A DNA stretch of 64,000 nt from the human T2T-CHM13v2.0 reference genome, Homo sapiens: assembly GCF_009914755.1 (NCBI RefSeq), contig NC_060932.1, one strand, 5' to 3'. Of the stretch, positions 29,875 through 45,787 are shown piece by piece (position 1 is the first letter of the stretch; every line of letters starts with the position of its first letter). The translations under genes and the position numbers were made by a program. The notes under the pieces were generated by a model. It was not told where the DNA came from. It saw only the letters and a list, made by a program, of their open reading frames with translations, and ran no database searches.

Positions 29875-31349
29875 GAAATTAGATTTTTCTAATTCCTGGC
29901 ACCATTAGAACTTTCTGTATAATGTTTATGGGAATCTGGATTCTTTAAGTCAAGATCCAAAATCAAAGAAGGGAAATTTAAAAAATGAGTTTCCCTTAAA
30001 AGCCAACTAGATGTATAGCAAGCTCAGATTCTGCCAATTGTATTTCAAACTCAAAAAATATTCATAGGTTTTTTATTTAATTTCATTGCTATACAATTTT
30101 ACTTGCCCCATAACTAGACATACCTGTTTTAGTTAAAATATGTACTTACTCTACTTTGATTTCAATTTAAATGTTGCTTAACATAAAACATAGCAACCCA
30201 CTAGTTACTAAGTTTTCTTTTTAAGCCCAGAGAAAAGCAGAATTCATTTAAAATTGACCTCCAGCATGGTTAAATAATATATTTCATGTTCATATTTATT
30301 TACTTCAAACAAGGTATATTTTCATGGTTTTTGTACTTTTCTACACTTTTGCTTTTAGCACAATAAACAGAAAAACCATATTACCACATTCTAATATGTT
30401 TACAAATTTTTTCATGAAATTGTGAATCAAAACTTATTCAATAACTAGAGCCCTTTAAGAAACAGTTTGAAGAGATTCTGTGAAGCTTAAGCAATTAGGC
30501 TAGAAGTTCTTCAAAGAATAGAAATAGTTGGACACACAACCTCCCAAACAGCAGAGGCAGGAAAAAAAAAATTGTGGGGAAACCTACAATAATCGTCAAG
30601 TGAAACAAACTACATATTTTCCTTACTACTATTGTTTAAATTTTCTGTCCTCCTCAACTAGAATGTCAATTCCAAGAAGAGAGGGATTCACGTGGCCATG
30701 TGTGCATCCATGTTCATATGCATGGAGGTGTGCATGTGCACGTATGTGTGCAAATTGTGTATGCACGTGCATGTGGGTATATGCATATGTGTGTTTTACT
30801 GTTGCATCTCCAGGACCTGGCACATTTAGCTCCTCAATGAATATTTTGGAGCTAAATGAGTCTTTATTGAATGAATGGACAAATACAGGCAAGAAAAGAG
30901 GGTGGGCAGAATATAGAAAAACTGAAACTTTCTGGCTGAGGAGGAAGAAGCACTGATACACCAAACCTCTCAGCCACGAAAGGGAGGAAACCAAAGAGGG
31001 AGCACAGCGCAGATGTCCCACTAAACTCGGTGCCATTGATCAATCTTTCTATCACCTTTTCCACCACTTGAATGATTATTTTCAGTCCTTGTATCTGGGA
31101 TTTCACTTCCTGAGTATTCCAGTCTCTTGAGCTTCCCTTACGTCACAAACTCAGGAAATTCCTTTTGATTTAATCTCAAGCCAGTCACCCCATGCCTGGA
31201 TGCAATTAGTCCACCCACATTCTCCATGTAATATGCAAACTGCGTTATTGGTCTCCAAATATGCTGATGATTCTAGGCAACAATATTGCCTTAGGAGTTA
31301 GGGTGAAGTATTTTGATTTACCGGATATGAGGCCAGAATTTTTCATTCA

Positions 31350-33190
31350 CAATAATACTGAGAGCTGCAGCCACTTTCTAAGCACCTACTTGGCCACCAC
31401 ACTCCGTAGGACATTTAGTAAACATGGTCTATTTATTCTCCACCCTGATCCTGGAAAATGATGTTATCATCCCACTTTTACATGGGGGTGAGGGAGACAA
31501 AGTCCTGAGACAAAGTGATTTGCATGAGATCACAGAGCTGGAGAGTGGCAGTCAGGACTTGAGGTCCAAAGCTCTCTACCTAACTTTTGACAGCTGGGGT
31601 TTTTCATACAAGTTAAAGGGCCCAGCCTCAGAGACCATCACATGCTTAATGATGCTTCTCATGACTGACAGATATCCCAGACTTGTTTGCAGCTAGGCAG
31701 ACTATTAGGGATTAGTCTAAACCCCTCATGTTATAGTGCTCAGCCCAAAGGGTACACATATACAACTTCCATGCCTAGGTTCCCACCAGTTTCTTAGCTC
31801 TAGTTACAAAGCTCGATTTGCTACAGCATAGCAACTGAGGAATAGGCACCTCAACAATGATTAAAAACAGCAAAACAAAACAGCAGCAGCAGCTAATACC
31901 TATGCACTATTTAGTATATGCCAGGCTCTTCCTAAGAATGTTTCACGTGCAATTAGCTGACTTTCACAGCAACTCTATCGGATATGAATTGTCTAATCTT
32001 TTCATTTAACAGAGGAGAAAACTGAGGCAACAAAGGGTTACATAAACTAATGATCTAAGGTCACACAAGCTGCTAAGTGATTGAGCCAGGATTTAAACCT
32101 GGCAGACTGGCTACAAGTCCAGCATTTCACCACTACGCAAAGTGTCTTTTATGATAATTGGCCCTCTCTGTACTTTTTCTTCTACATCACATGTAGGTGA
32201 AGATTGCAAAATGATTGCAAACTCTGCAATGGGAAAAGGACCATCCAGGAAAATAACACACCCTATGTATGCTTCTTCATTTATTACAGAGTCTTCACTT
32301 TACAAATTTGGCCACCAATACACAGCCCTAATAAATATGCATCAAATATACTACGGCTTACAAGAAGTGTCCATCAAAGCAGCCATCTCTACTGTTATAC
32401 AATAGGACAGCTCTAATACTATAAAACAGGACAATTCTTATTACTCTATAGGTAAGAATGCAGGTAAAATAATGTTAACATGAACTTGAGGTGTGGCCTT
32501 TATAAAGCTGTTAAATCCTCTCAGGTATACTCAGCTAGGTTGCCCATCTAAGTTTATAGGGTTCTGGAAAGCAATTCCTTATTCCTCTTAACATCTCTCC
32601 CACTTTGCAGCCCATGGTCCCAGACCAGTCAGTGCTTTGCAAGGAGTGAGTCTACTATAACTTATTCTCTGACTGACCGCAGGAACTTTCTTCCAGTTCT
32701 GAGACAACATCAACAATGGGGGTCCCTCCACCTTTCCTGCTTCTGTTTGGAGTCAAATATGTTAGAATCATTAATATCACTGCTGTAAAAAATGTCAGAA
32801 TTATATGGATCTCTGAGGTTTTTGAGTACCACTAAAGGAGTATAGTGTTTGAGTCAAAAAACCTGAGACCAAATATGAGCTCTGCCCTTTTAGAACGTAA
32901 CTTTCCTTTTTCAGAGCTGAACCAAGTTTCAACTTACTCATCTGTGAAATGCCTATAATACTCTACCTATCTCTAGGAATGCCTTGAAGGTCAAAAATCG
33001 TAACAATAATGGGGGACAACTGTGGTTCAGTGGAAAGAATATTAGAATAAAGTTAGATGATCTGAGTTCAAGTTTCACATTATCCTAACCCACTTCAGTG
33101 AACAACTGAGGCTGATTCCATCTAAACTGTCTGAATCTCATTTTTATCATCTGAAAAAATATTCACATTCTTAAAGAGTTGCTTTAGGAA
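31350..33190. mobile_element. Cluster of MIR relics (about 31350-31590, 31880-32140, 32840-33190)
   Basis: MIR core motifs such as 'acagaggagaaaactgaggc...aaggtcacacaagc...gagccaggatttaaacct' and 'ctcatctgtgaaatg'. Confidence 0.7.
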
Positions 33191-33204
33191 GAAAAGAGAC
33201 TAGG

Positions 33205-33847
<643 letters not shown>

Positions 33848-33931
33848 TTACCACCATCCTAAGCAACCTAAGGGGATCTTGAATATTTTTGATAACTTGG
33901 TGAAAACTAGAGGCCTCCTTTCAAGGAAAAT

Positions 33932-34085
33932 GCATCAGAACAAACAGTTAATGCATGTGGGGCTTCATACCTAGGTGATATATTGACAGGTGCAGCAAAA
34001 CCACCACGGCACACATTTACCTAGGTAACAAACCTGCGTGTTCCACACATGCATCCAGGAACTTAAAGTAAAATTAAATTAAATA
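33932..34085 (+). mobile_element. L1PA (about PA8-PA13) terminal 3' UTR piece with A tail
   Basis: taatgcatgtggggctt..acctaggtgat...ggtgcagcaaa.ccacc...gtaacaaacctgc...gaacttaaagtaaaa. Confidence 0.9.
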
Positions 34086-34498
34086 CAAAAGACGAAGAAG
34101 ATAGGTCTAACATGATTCTAGAGCTTCAAGCCCAGGTAACTACAAGACTGTAGTTTCATTCGCATCACCAGATGAGAGAAATCTTGTTTGGGAAGATAAG
34201 AAAGGAACAGGGAGATGACACAGAGCTGGAAGAGAGAAAGAAAAAAATGAATAAACTAAAGTGTAATATGCTTCAGTTGTGTAAGGGGTTTGACAGAGGA
34301 CAATTTTGCCCTATAATTTCTAGAACATTACCCAAGGGACTAATGATAGTGAGTATCTATGGTGGAGAGGGGCAGTGCTGGCAGAGGAGGCACGCAGGTG
34401 GAAGGGAGACTGTTTTCACTATATTTTGATACTTGTTTTAAACCATGTGAATTACTGTCTAGTCATGACGACCAAAACAAATTAACTAATAATAAAAA

Positions 34499-34696
34499 TC
34501 TGATGCTCTCCCTCCCTTCACCTCCCAACCCCCGACAGGCCCAGGGATGTGTGACGTTCCCCTCCCTGTGTCCATGTGTTCTCATTGCTCAGCTCCCACT
34601 TGTGAGTGAGAACATGCAGTGTTTGGTTTGCTCTTACTGTGTTAGTTTGCTGAAAATGATGACCACACTGTCTTCCACAATGGTTGAGCTAATTTA
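34499..34696 (-). mobile_element. L1PA 3' UTR piece lying immediately upstream, in L1 coordinates, of the 33932 piece
   Basis: tgatgctctccctccc...ccccgacaggccc...cctccctgtgtccatgtgttctcattg.tcagctcccactt.tgagtgagaacatg. Confidence 0.9.
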
Positions 34697-34708
34697 TGCA
34701 TATTATAC

Positions 34709-35004
<296 letters not shown>

Positions 35005-35991
35005 GCATTTTATATACAGACTTACTTGTTTTCACTTCATGTATTATGGAGGGATTTCCACGCTATTATATGAAGATATTCAATACCATTTTTCTGTGGC
35101 TGCACAGTATCCTATGGTATTGGCAATAAAGCATTATGTATTTAATTAGACACACATTGATTACATTGTTTCTAATCTTTTCTTATTAAAACCACAGCTG
35201 CAATTAAAAAAAAATACACCTTTGGTTACATTTTACTTTCTTCCTGCTTAAATTGCCTTATCTGAAAATGAAGATACTATCAGTCCCACCTCACAGAGTT
35301 TTTTAAAGAATGAAATACATGAAAAATATGTAAAATTCTTAGTTCCAGAAACCAGGTAAATCCTCAGCAAGTGTTAGATGTGATTGCTATTATGAAATGG
35401 GTCATCTCTTATCTACGCAAGTATATCTGTAGAATGCATTCCAAGCAGTAGAACTGCCAGGAGATTTAAAAGGAAACGGGAAAGTAGGTATTAATGTGGA
35501 GGTCCCAGAAAATTGGGGGAAACCAACATGGGAAATGAAGCAGCCATTGGCTTACCAGGGACAGAGGTTGAAGGTGTCCCAGAAGCCACATCGCAATAGG
35601 GACTTGAGAAGTCTGTGAGTCCTATCTGGTGAAAGGGCCCCCTGAGCTACACTGGGAATGTGAGCACGCCTCCCAGACTAACATTCTCCTCTGTTGTTCT
35701 AATCAACCAGCAATGTGTCTAGGAAAGGCCAAATTCTTGGCAGCCAAACTACATTTCCCAGATTACTTCAGTCCTGGAAGAAACAACAAAAACTATGCCA
35801 GGTCACATGTCTCCATTTTCAGGACTGGAAAATGAGGGCATAGATTTGTGGCTCTAATCCACAGAGGGAAAGTTGAGAAAAGGACGTGGAGAAAGGGTGA
35901 GTCAAAGCAAGTGAATGACCAGACAGTGGCCAACATTTCCAGACTCCAAAAGGGCAAGCAATATTTGCATATACCAACACTGGGTCTGCAG

Positions 35992-36338
35992 CAGGGGGCC
36001 CCAACCCTTGGGCAGCAGACCGACCCTAGTCCGTGGCCTGTTAGGAACCGGGCTGCAAAGCAGGAAGCGAGTGACAGGCAAGCGAGGATTACCACCTGAG
36101 CTCTGCCTCCTGTCAGATCACTGGTGGCATTAGAATCTCATAGGAGAGTGAACCCTATTGTGAACTGTGCACGTGAGGGATCTGGGTTGCACGCTCCTTA
36201 TGAGAGTCTAACTACTGCCTGATGATCTCAGGTGGAACAGTTTCATCCTGAAACCATCCCCACACCACCCTCCTGGTCCGTGAAAAAATTGTCTTCCACG
36301 AAACCGGTTCCTGGTGCCAAAAAGGTTGGGAACCGCTA
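35992..36338 (+). mobile_element. MER1B hAT-Charlie element, essentially full length
   Basis: gtccgtggcctgttaggaaccgggc, ctctgcctcctgtcagatca, gaaaaaattgtcttccacgaaaccggttcctggtgccaaaaaggttggg. Confidence 0.93.
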
Positions 36339-36576
36339 GTCTATACTCACCTGGACCAAATGCGTATTTAGTGCAAAACAAGGAGGTCTTCAACTGCTGA
36401 GGGAATTGGGTTCTAAGAAGTGGCTAAGAGCTAACAGGTAGGCTAAAGAGCTAATAAAACCAAATCCCTGAGCTCAGATAAAAAGTAAGAATAACCTTTG
36501 TCCATCAGTGTCTTCATTTGCCTATTGCAAGATGGATGTTAGGACTTAGAGTTGGCAGGATATAAGTATATTTTCA

Positions 36577-36906
<330 letters not shown>

Positions 36907-39490
36907 TCATCAAAACAAGCAAAAAAGAGCACTTTGACCACTCACTGGGAAGAATTCCAACTGCAACAGTTTACAAAGAAAACCAACATAAATTTCACTT
37001 GAATGTGTTACGCTGACCTCCCAAAATCCATCTCAGCTAATTAAAAGAAGCTGCAGAGCAGTTCCTATGGATATTAGCATTCAGGTCCTTTAGGAGCATG
37101 TTTACGTGGCACATCACCTTGCTGGGAGGCTCCCAGTACCCTGGGCTGAAGGCATCAATTCTCACTGGCAACGGCACGGCCGCAAGAGTGTGATCGCAGG
37201 CTCTGTGGAACCTCATGAAATGTTTAAGGACTCTCTTGGCTCACATCTCACTCTTCCTCACTCTACCCCATCTCAGGCTTCACCTTCTCCCCTTGCTAGA
37301 AGCCACTTCCGTGGCAGACGCTCTGGGTGCCAAGGTTTACAGTAACACCCCAATGGGACAGCAAGATTAATGAAAGCTTTCTGTGGGTAATTCAACTCTG
37401 TTCAGTAATATGACACTGAGAGGACAACAGGAGCTTGCAGGAAAGAAGAGGGGTAAGGAAATGGGAGAGCCATCAAGATGTGCACATGAAAACCTGTTTG
37501 CAATGTGGGAAGGACTCATCTGGTCAGCTATGGCTATTTGTCAGCATAGCATAGCAGCCACTTCACCATGAGAAAGTGTTATATGCAAACGACACCTCCT
37601 CAAAGAGGCCCTCACAGACTACCACAGCCAAATCCTCTCATATCTCTTTTCCCTGCCTGACATTAAAAGTGTACTCCCTCTGCTGCTTTGTCTGTTACCG
37701 ACTTCCCGGTCCAGAATGGAAGCTACAAAGAGGCAGGACTCGTGTCTGTCTCATAATACTCCATTCCCCAGCCACTTAAAGTGAGCCTGGAACGTAGTAG
37801 GCACCCACTAACCTTATGAACACCAGTGAATGACTAGCTGGAATTCTGCAATAGCTTTTAATTTTAAAATGTGCCTACAAAATCCATCAAAATCCATTTT
37901 CCATTACCATATTAGGGTATGAAGAGGGGAAAAAGTATCGAGTAAATACTGGATCTGAGTCACCATGCCTGGCATTTTATACATAATAGTCACTTAATTT
38001 CTAGGACTCTCTGAGGTCGGCATGACTAATGCTATTTCAGATTAGGAAAACTGAGGTTCACAGATACAAACACAACTCACCCAAAGTCGCATATGTGGAA
38101 AGTGATCATTTCTGGTTTGTCTGATCCAAAATTCCCTGCATCTGTCACTCCCCACCCTGATCGCTCTCTGGCTCCTAAGGCTTTCATTTGGTTTTCCCAA
38201 GATCGGGCTCCCCTGTGACATGTCTCCATGACAAGCCGTTAGTATTCACTCAGAGACAAATTCCAAACGCATCTTTGATCTCACTACTTCAAGGAATCCC
38301 TTTAGTCACTTAGAAATGGAAACAGTCTGTTTTTATAAATGGCTCAGGAAGGGAGGACAGTCATCGCAGGCAGAGTCCTACAGAGAGCGCGAGAGAACAT
38401 GGGAAGCAGCCGACCACTGGTGCAAGGAAGGGGCTCCCAGCAGCAGCAGCAGGAGGAGCCCCAGGGACCAACTTGGGAGAGGTTTGTTCTCAGATCCAGT
38501 GCTCCCTTTCTTCACACAGCAAGAACTACCACCACGGACGTGTCTCCTTTCTTTAAAGTGCTTTGTTATCATTTACTAATAAAGGAAAACTCACAGACCC
38601 AGGCCTTCAAAAGCTCTCGCCAAAAGTAGGGAACCCTCAATGAAGCGCAGGCCAGATGCCAGTTTTCGGTGCAAAGCGATCCTGTGATCATCAAGAATTT
38701 AGAAGCCTTGCTGAAAGTTTCCACTGCACACAGAAGACCACACAGGACAGAGTTTCTTCCACGGGGCTAAGGCCTAATTCCCGAAGAAGCCACTGCGGCT
38801 TCCTAGTTTGGCACAGGTGTCAAAAGCCACTTTTGGATTGACCCTTTTTGTCCGGGAAGGTGAAGCTTCCTAAGGCTAGATGGAACAAGCTGCTGGTGCA
38901 GTGTCTGCCTCCCCAAGCCAAAGAGCAGATTTCCACAAGGCCACCCGACAAGGCAGTCTCTAGGACAGAGACCAGGCCCAGATAAAAGGCTTTAGCCTTG
39001 GCAGCACAGTGCACTAAGAACAGGCCTCCAGGGTGGAGACACCTGGCTGAAATTCCAGCTCTGCGTCTCACTGCTGTTTGACCTGGGGCTGTGCACATCA
39101 CATCTCTATCAGTTTCCACATCTTTAAAATGGGGCTGATAAAAATAACTACCTCTCAGGGCAGCCTGCAACAATGATGCATGTAAATTGCCTGGCACATA
39201 ATGGACATTCAATCTAACATTAACCAAAACATTATTATTTTTCTCACAAAAAAGACCCCAGGAGGTTCTGTTGTTCCATTTTCTAACTCACCCTTATTGC
39301 TCTGACTGTAATCATACCCAAAATAAAAGCCTTTTCCTAAATTTGTTGTAGCAGAATGGTGGCCTGATTCTTTCTATCGTTAGTAAGGCAACTAACTGGC
39401 TCTCACTCCTTCGTCTCTAAAATTAAGCAAATGAAAACATGCATAATGTGGGTGAAGAAAAGGTGAACTACTTCTATGTGTTCACTGATG

Positions 39491-39958
<468 letters not shown>

Positions 39959-40124
39959 TAGTACAGGGGCTAGAGTAGGTAAGCCATTCACTCTCTTCCC
40001 CAAGAGGACAGCAGAGACCCAAGAATGAGACAGAACAGAATGTGGCACATAGAAAGGATGGATGGACTTGGAGTCAGAAGTCAGAAAGTACGATCATACA
40101 ATCTGAAAACCCACTACCCACATA

Positions 40125-40331
40125 CAGGGTTGCTTGATTTTAGCAAATGAAAATACAGGATACCTGGTTAACCTTGTATGTCAGATAAACAACGAATTTT
40201 CTAGTATACTATGGTCCACTATTTTTAAATGTAAGTATGTTCAAATATTTCATGGGATATACTTATACTAGTCATTATTTATATGACAATCAAATTTAAC
40301 TGGGCCTCCTACATTTTACCTGGCAACTCTT
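40125..40331. mobile_element. MER53 palindromic hAT element
   Basis: cagggttgc..gattttagcaaatgaaaatacaggat...cagataaacaac...catgggatatacttatacta...ctggcaactct. Confidence 0.85.
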
Positions 40332-40904
40332 GTCATGTAAAGATCTTAAATCTACCTTGATGCAGTAAAAAGAATATGGATTTTGGAGTTAAGTTGAACT
40401 GCGATTGAATCCTGGCTCACTACAAGCTCAATGTGTAATCCTAGCTAGTTATCTGAACTGCCTGAATCTTGCTTTACATATCTGTAAATGGCAGTGATAA
40501 CACCTCACAGGGCTGTGCTATAGGTTAAATAAAGATAATGATGATGGCGATAATAATTACTAATATTGACAGTTTCATTTATTAAGTGCTCAACAAATGT
40601 TAGCCTTCTTTGCTCTTTGAGCCTCAAAGATTTCCCATCTACAAAATGGGGTTAAAGATATTGGTAATAAAATTCAAATATGTTTTCTGATAAGAATAAG
40701 GATACTTCAGCCTTCCTCCCATGGATTTCTGGGAAAAAATCTCAAGAATTTATTTTCTTTGGGTCTGCAAAATATCCCCTTTATCCCACCCAAAAAGGTC
40801 ATTTTTGGTCTGCCTGGTTGTGATAAATGTATTTTATGCAAAATAGTCTTGAATTTTCTCTCAGGAGTTCACATACTCTCCTTCTCATGTCCGTGCATCC
40901 CTTC

Positions 40905-41255
40905 AACCAGTTATTTCTTTAAAATGTGGTCTGAGAATGTCAGCATTAGAACCACCTGTAATGCCAAAGGACTTCCCTGAGCCCAGTTACAGAACAACCA
41001 AATTAGAATTTCTGGAGCTGGACCCAGAAAGCATCCTTCTTCTTTTTTCTTTTTAATTTATTTTAAATTTAAATAGAGATGGAGTCTTGCTATGTTGCCC
41101 AGGCTGGTCTTAAATGCCTGGGCTCAAGTGATCCCCTCGCCTCAGCCCCGAAAGTGCTGGGATTATAGGTAGGAGCCACCATGCCCAGCCAAGCATCCTT
41201 CCTAACAAACTCCTCGTGTGGTTCTTAAACCCGTTCAAGTTTGGGTACCATTACC
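40905..41255. mobile_element. MER5A-like element with an antisense FLAM inserted at 41040-41190
   Basis: FLAM TSD aagcatccttc at 41029-41039 and 41191-41201. Confidence 0.8.
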
Positions 41256-42132
41256 CTAAAACCTCAACCCCAGGCCCAAGAGTTACACAAGCAGACTCAC
41301 CTTCCCCAAAGTTAACATTAATATTCTGCAAGGGATGGGAACGGTGAATTCCAGAGTGATACAAGAATGGAATTTTCAAAGCTTTTATATGAGGAACAGA
41401 TCAGCTCATCTAACACTCTGTTTTGGAGCATTTGTGTCAAATTGACATTCCAATTTAAAGACCATACATAAAACCCCATTCAATTATTTAGCACTGTACA
41501 GATTTTACATAACTCTTGAAGTTACTGACTCAATTCATTTTCCTTCGAACTGCAAGACAGATTAATCTAAAATGAATTAAGACAGGCAACCAGAAGTAAT
41601 GTTGCCACTGCCAGTAAACAGTCTTTAAACTGCTGGATCAGTAAGCTGCTTACAGCCTTGCAAGCGCTGACGCCACATCTGCTCGGCAATTCATGTGCTC
41701 TCAAGCCAAGGATTTAGAATCCATGTTTGTCATGATCACAGAAACTCGAGAGAGGGGGTAATGTTTAACCCAAGCCTTTTCTTTTACCAATAGGTATCAC
41801 TTCTTCCCCGCAAAATGAACATGAAGACCATGACTCGGTTACAAATATTTCAGGTTACATCAAAATGCATAAATGTATCCAAAATTCCACGATCTAAAGT
41901 TTCTAATAATTTGGAAAAAAAATTCTAAAATACCCTAAATTATTCCTGACATCAAATTGCTCAGAGTCCGGCAGAGAAGAAAAACAAAAAAACAATTATG
42001 AGAGATGCTAGAAAGCATGACAAGAGAGTTCCAGTGTCAAGAGGGACATCAAAGCCAGATGTTGGGGGAAGGAACACGGCAGAAGAGTTCCTAGAAAAGA
42101 CGGCATCTAAACTAAGAAGGGGGTAATGCAGA

Positions 42133-42919
<787 letters not shown>

Positions 42920-43299
42920 GTAGGACGGGGCCAGAGGGCATGGGATCCTGACGTAGGAAAGCCACAGGACCAAGACCTGGAGGTAAAGGGGAAGGCCACC
43001 TTTGTTTCAAGGAACCACAAAGAATTTAGTCTGGTGGGAAGAGAGGAAGGCAGGCAGCACCTGGAAGACTTTGTCCCGGCTGCAGTAAAGGCCATCTTCT
43101 GCTCTGCATTATGCTCACCAAAAGGCTTAACTCTAAGGAGCTAACCCCAGTCTCTAGCAGAATGAACAAGAAGCATGAAACTGCTCCCAGTAAAAACTAA
43201 CCTACAACTGAAAAGGCACTGTGAATGGAAACGTGTTCCCAAAATCATCAATACTCACTGCCGGCAGACAACAAGCCAAGCTTTCCATGCCATCACAAA

Positions 43300-43490
43300 A
43301 TTCTGAGTCAGTGACTGGAACAGACACAAGCAGCCTCTGGAGTTCTGGTGACATTCGATTTCTTGATCTTGGTGCTGGTTATAGACGTGTTCACTTTGTG
43401 AAAAATTATCGAGTTGAATCTTTGTGATGCACGAACTTCTCTGTATGCATGGTACGTGTATAAAATTTCCAATGAACTTCCAATGAAAGA
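43300..43490 (+). mobile_element. Old L1M 3' end
   Basis: tttcttgatcttggtgctggttatagacgtgttcactttgtgaaaaattatcgag. Confidence 0.7.
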
Positions 43491-43930
43491 AGGAAGGAAT
43501 ATGTAACATTTAGCATCTTGTTCTCCCAGACGGACCGGTATAATCATTTATAAAGATAAGATGTCCATCATCTTGAACGGAAAATACTGCTATCCGTTAG
43601 TCTGCTTGAATCTGAATCTGATCACCATAGGATAAGTTTTTAAATCTCCAAGACATTACTAAGTAAAACCTACCTCATTCTCCTTATACATTATCCTCTC
43701 TTTTTAGGCTAATTAAAAAGCTTGTCTCAGCTGGCCTGGGTTAATAATAGAACACTATTTCTTATTTAAACAACAAATCTCACTTTTAAGAGGTTTTGTC
43801 TCTTGCAAAACCTCAGGTTTTATATGAAACAAAAGAGTTATTTGACGCATGTTTTTACCTGAGTTGCTAAAGTAAACAGTAACAAAGTCAGCACTGAGTC
43901 CTCAAGAAAGCTAAGTCTGATTCAGGGACT

Positions 43931-43987
43931 TATCTCCCCTCACCACTGTATCTCCCCTCCACCACTGTATCTCCCCTCACCACACTG
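43931..43987. repeat. Three-copy minisatellite of about 18-20 bp (tatctcccctcaccactg)
   Basis: Read directly. Confidence 0.9.
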
Positions 43988-44560
43988 GTATGCAGACACT
44001 CTTGCCATTGGTTTAGAAAGCAGATGATAAATATTTAAAATGGGTCCACAGTCCAATGAACAAAACAGATATCAGGTAGAAAATCTCCTAATTGGCAGAT
44101 TACATTTTTAGTTATAACCCCAAAATGGCTTTTGCAAATTATCAAAGCAACTCAAATCTGCATAATCTTAATTTAAAGCAACATAATTCGAGACTGTGAG
44201 GAATCTAATTGCCAGCTAAACAACTGTTTCCAACCGTAATTGGCTTCCCACAACCCTGCACACGATCATGTACACACATGCTTAAACCACCTGATGTGGA
44301 AGGCATCTGGACCGAGCCCAGCACTGCCAAAAGAATCTTTGAAAAAATGCAACAAAAGGAATGAGCTCTTGCACAGAATTTTCCACACATTGGCTCAGAG
44401 CAATTTCGCTTTCCAGAATGATTCCCTTAACTGTCAAGAAGGGGATTATAGTGCTATTCATTGCACAAGCAATTTTTTCTTACAATTAATTTTCACCCTT
44501 CTCCAATGTATAGAACAGTGTGATATATACATATCCACTAAAGACAGATCTATAGGTGTA

Positions 44561-45041
44561 TGTTACTAGTTGAGCTGTGTCCTCTGCAAAATTCATAAGT
44601 TGAAGACCCAGCCTCCAAGTACCTCCAAATATGTCCTTATTTGGAAATAGGGTCATTGCAGATGTAATTAGTTAAGTTAGAATGAGGTCATACCAGAGTA
44701 GGGTGGGTGCCTAAGCCAATATGAATGGTGTCCTTATAGGAAGGGGAAAAATTGGAAAAACACACACACATGTATGCACATACACACGGGAAAAAACAGG
44801 TGAAGATGAAAGCAGGGATCAGGATGATGTTTCTATAAAGCCAGAAACACCAAAGATTGCCAGAAAATCCCCAGAAGCTAGGCAAGAGATATGGAACAGA
44901 CTCCCTCTAACAGCCCACGGAAGGAAAACAGCCCTGGCAACACCTTGATCTTGACTTCTGGCCTCCAGAACTGTGAGGTTTGGGTTATTTAATCCACCAA
45001 GTTTATAGACTTTGTTACAGCAGACCTAGGAAACTAATACA
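44561..45041 (+). mobile_element. Solo MaLR LTR (MLT1B/C-like)
   Basis: TG...CA ends with a perfect 5-bp TSD gtgta at 44556-44560 and 45042-45046; ttatttggaaatagggtcattgcagatgtaattagttaag. Confidence 0.95.
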
Positions 45042-45671
45042 GTGTATAACAACAATCTTTAAGTAAAAATCTGTGTGTGCCACTCTGTCTTACTTGTATA
45101 CGCACATACATTGAGAGTTATCTTCCAGGAAATAATAAATTTCGTTATTACTAAGCCCTTGGATGTTTGATTTACAACAGTTGTGGGTGCATGAGGTTAA
45201 TCACAGGACTGGGGAAATTCTGACTCACAATCCCAAAAGGCTGAAGTTCCAAATTTTGTCACGCAACCCTGAATTCACTCCAGCTCTGGGAAACCTCAAA
45301 TCCCAAAGAAAACACAACCTGGTTTTCTCTCTCTTTTTTCCAATACAGACATAGGTATAATTTAATAATAGTACCCTGCTTCCCAAATGCAATTAAAAAT
45401 GGCCTTCATTACTCCTCTGAATGAGTGTGTTTTATAATGCTGCAATCTACGGTTCAATAAAAAAGCAACTACTGCACCTATCATGGCAAAGCTGTAAAAA
45501 CTGATCAGTGTGCTTTTGGTAGCTCTAGAGGCAGAGGAAAAAAAGAAAAAAAAAAACTTAAAGGAACAGGCACAAAATAAGTTGGTACAATGTGAGTGCT
45601 TTAGAAATCCAGTTTTTCATTTCTGAAACCTTTGATTTCCCTAACTTTGATTCTTTTCCCCTTTCACTTAG

Positions 45672-45700
45672 GAAGCAGTAAGACATAGCAGTACGATTGA

Positions 45701-45744
<44 letters not shown>

Positions 45745-45787
45745 GGAAATGGGAGTAATTGAGATTCAAACTTTTATACAGAGAGAG
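45672..45787 (+). other. Candidate non-coding or cryptic exon (116 nt)
   Basis: CTAAC branch point, pyrimidine tract and TAG acceptor; GAG|GTAAGT donor; no transcript evidence available. Confidence 0.35.
45699..45742 (+). repeat. (GAAA)11
   Basis: Counted directly. Confidence 0.97.

Noticed and set aside
30689-30795. Tract rich in TGCATG and CACGTG motifs (RBFOX, E-box)
   Set aside because: It is a degenerate alternating purine-pyrimidine simple repeat inside an L2 relic, so the motifs are a by-product.
36345-36450. Perfect minus-strand donor CAG|GTGAGT
   Set aside because: Only weak upstream acceptors and several stop codons; isolated consensus donors are common in introns.
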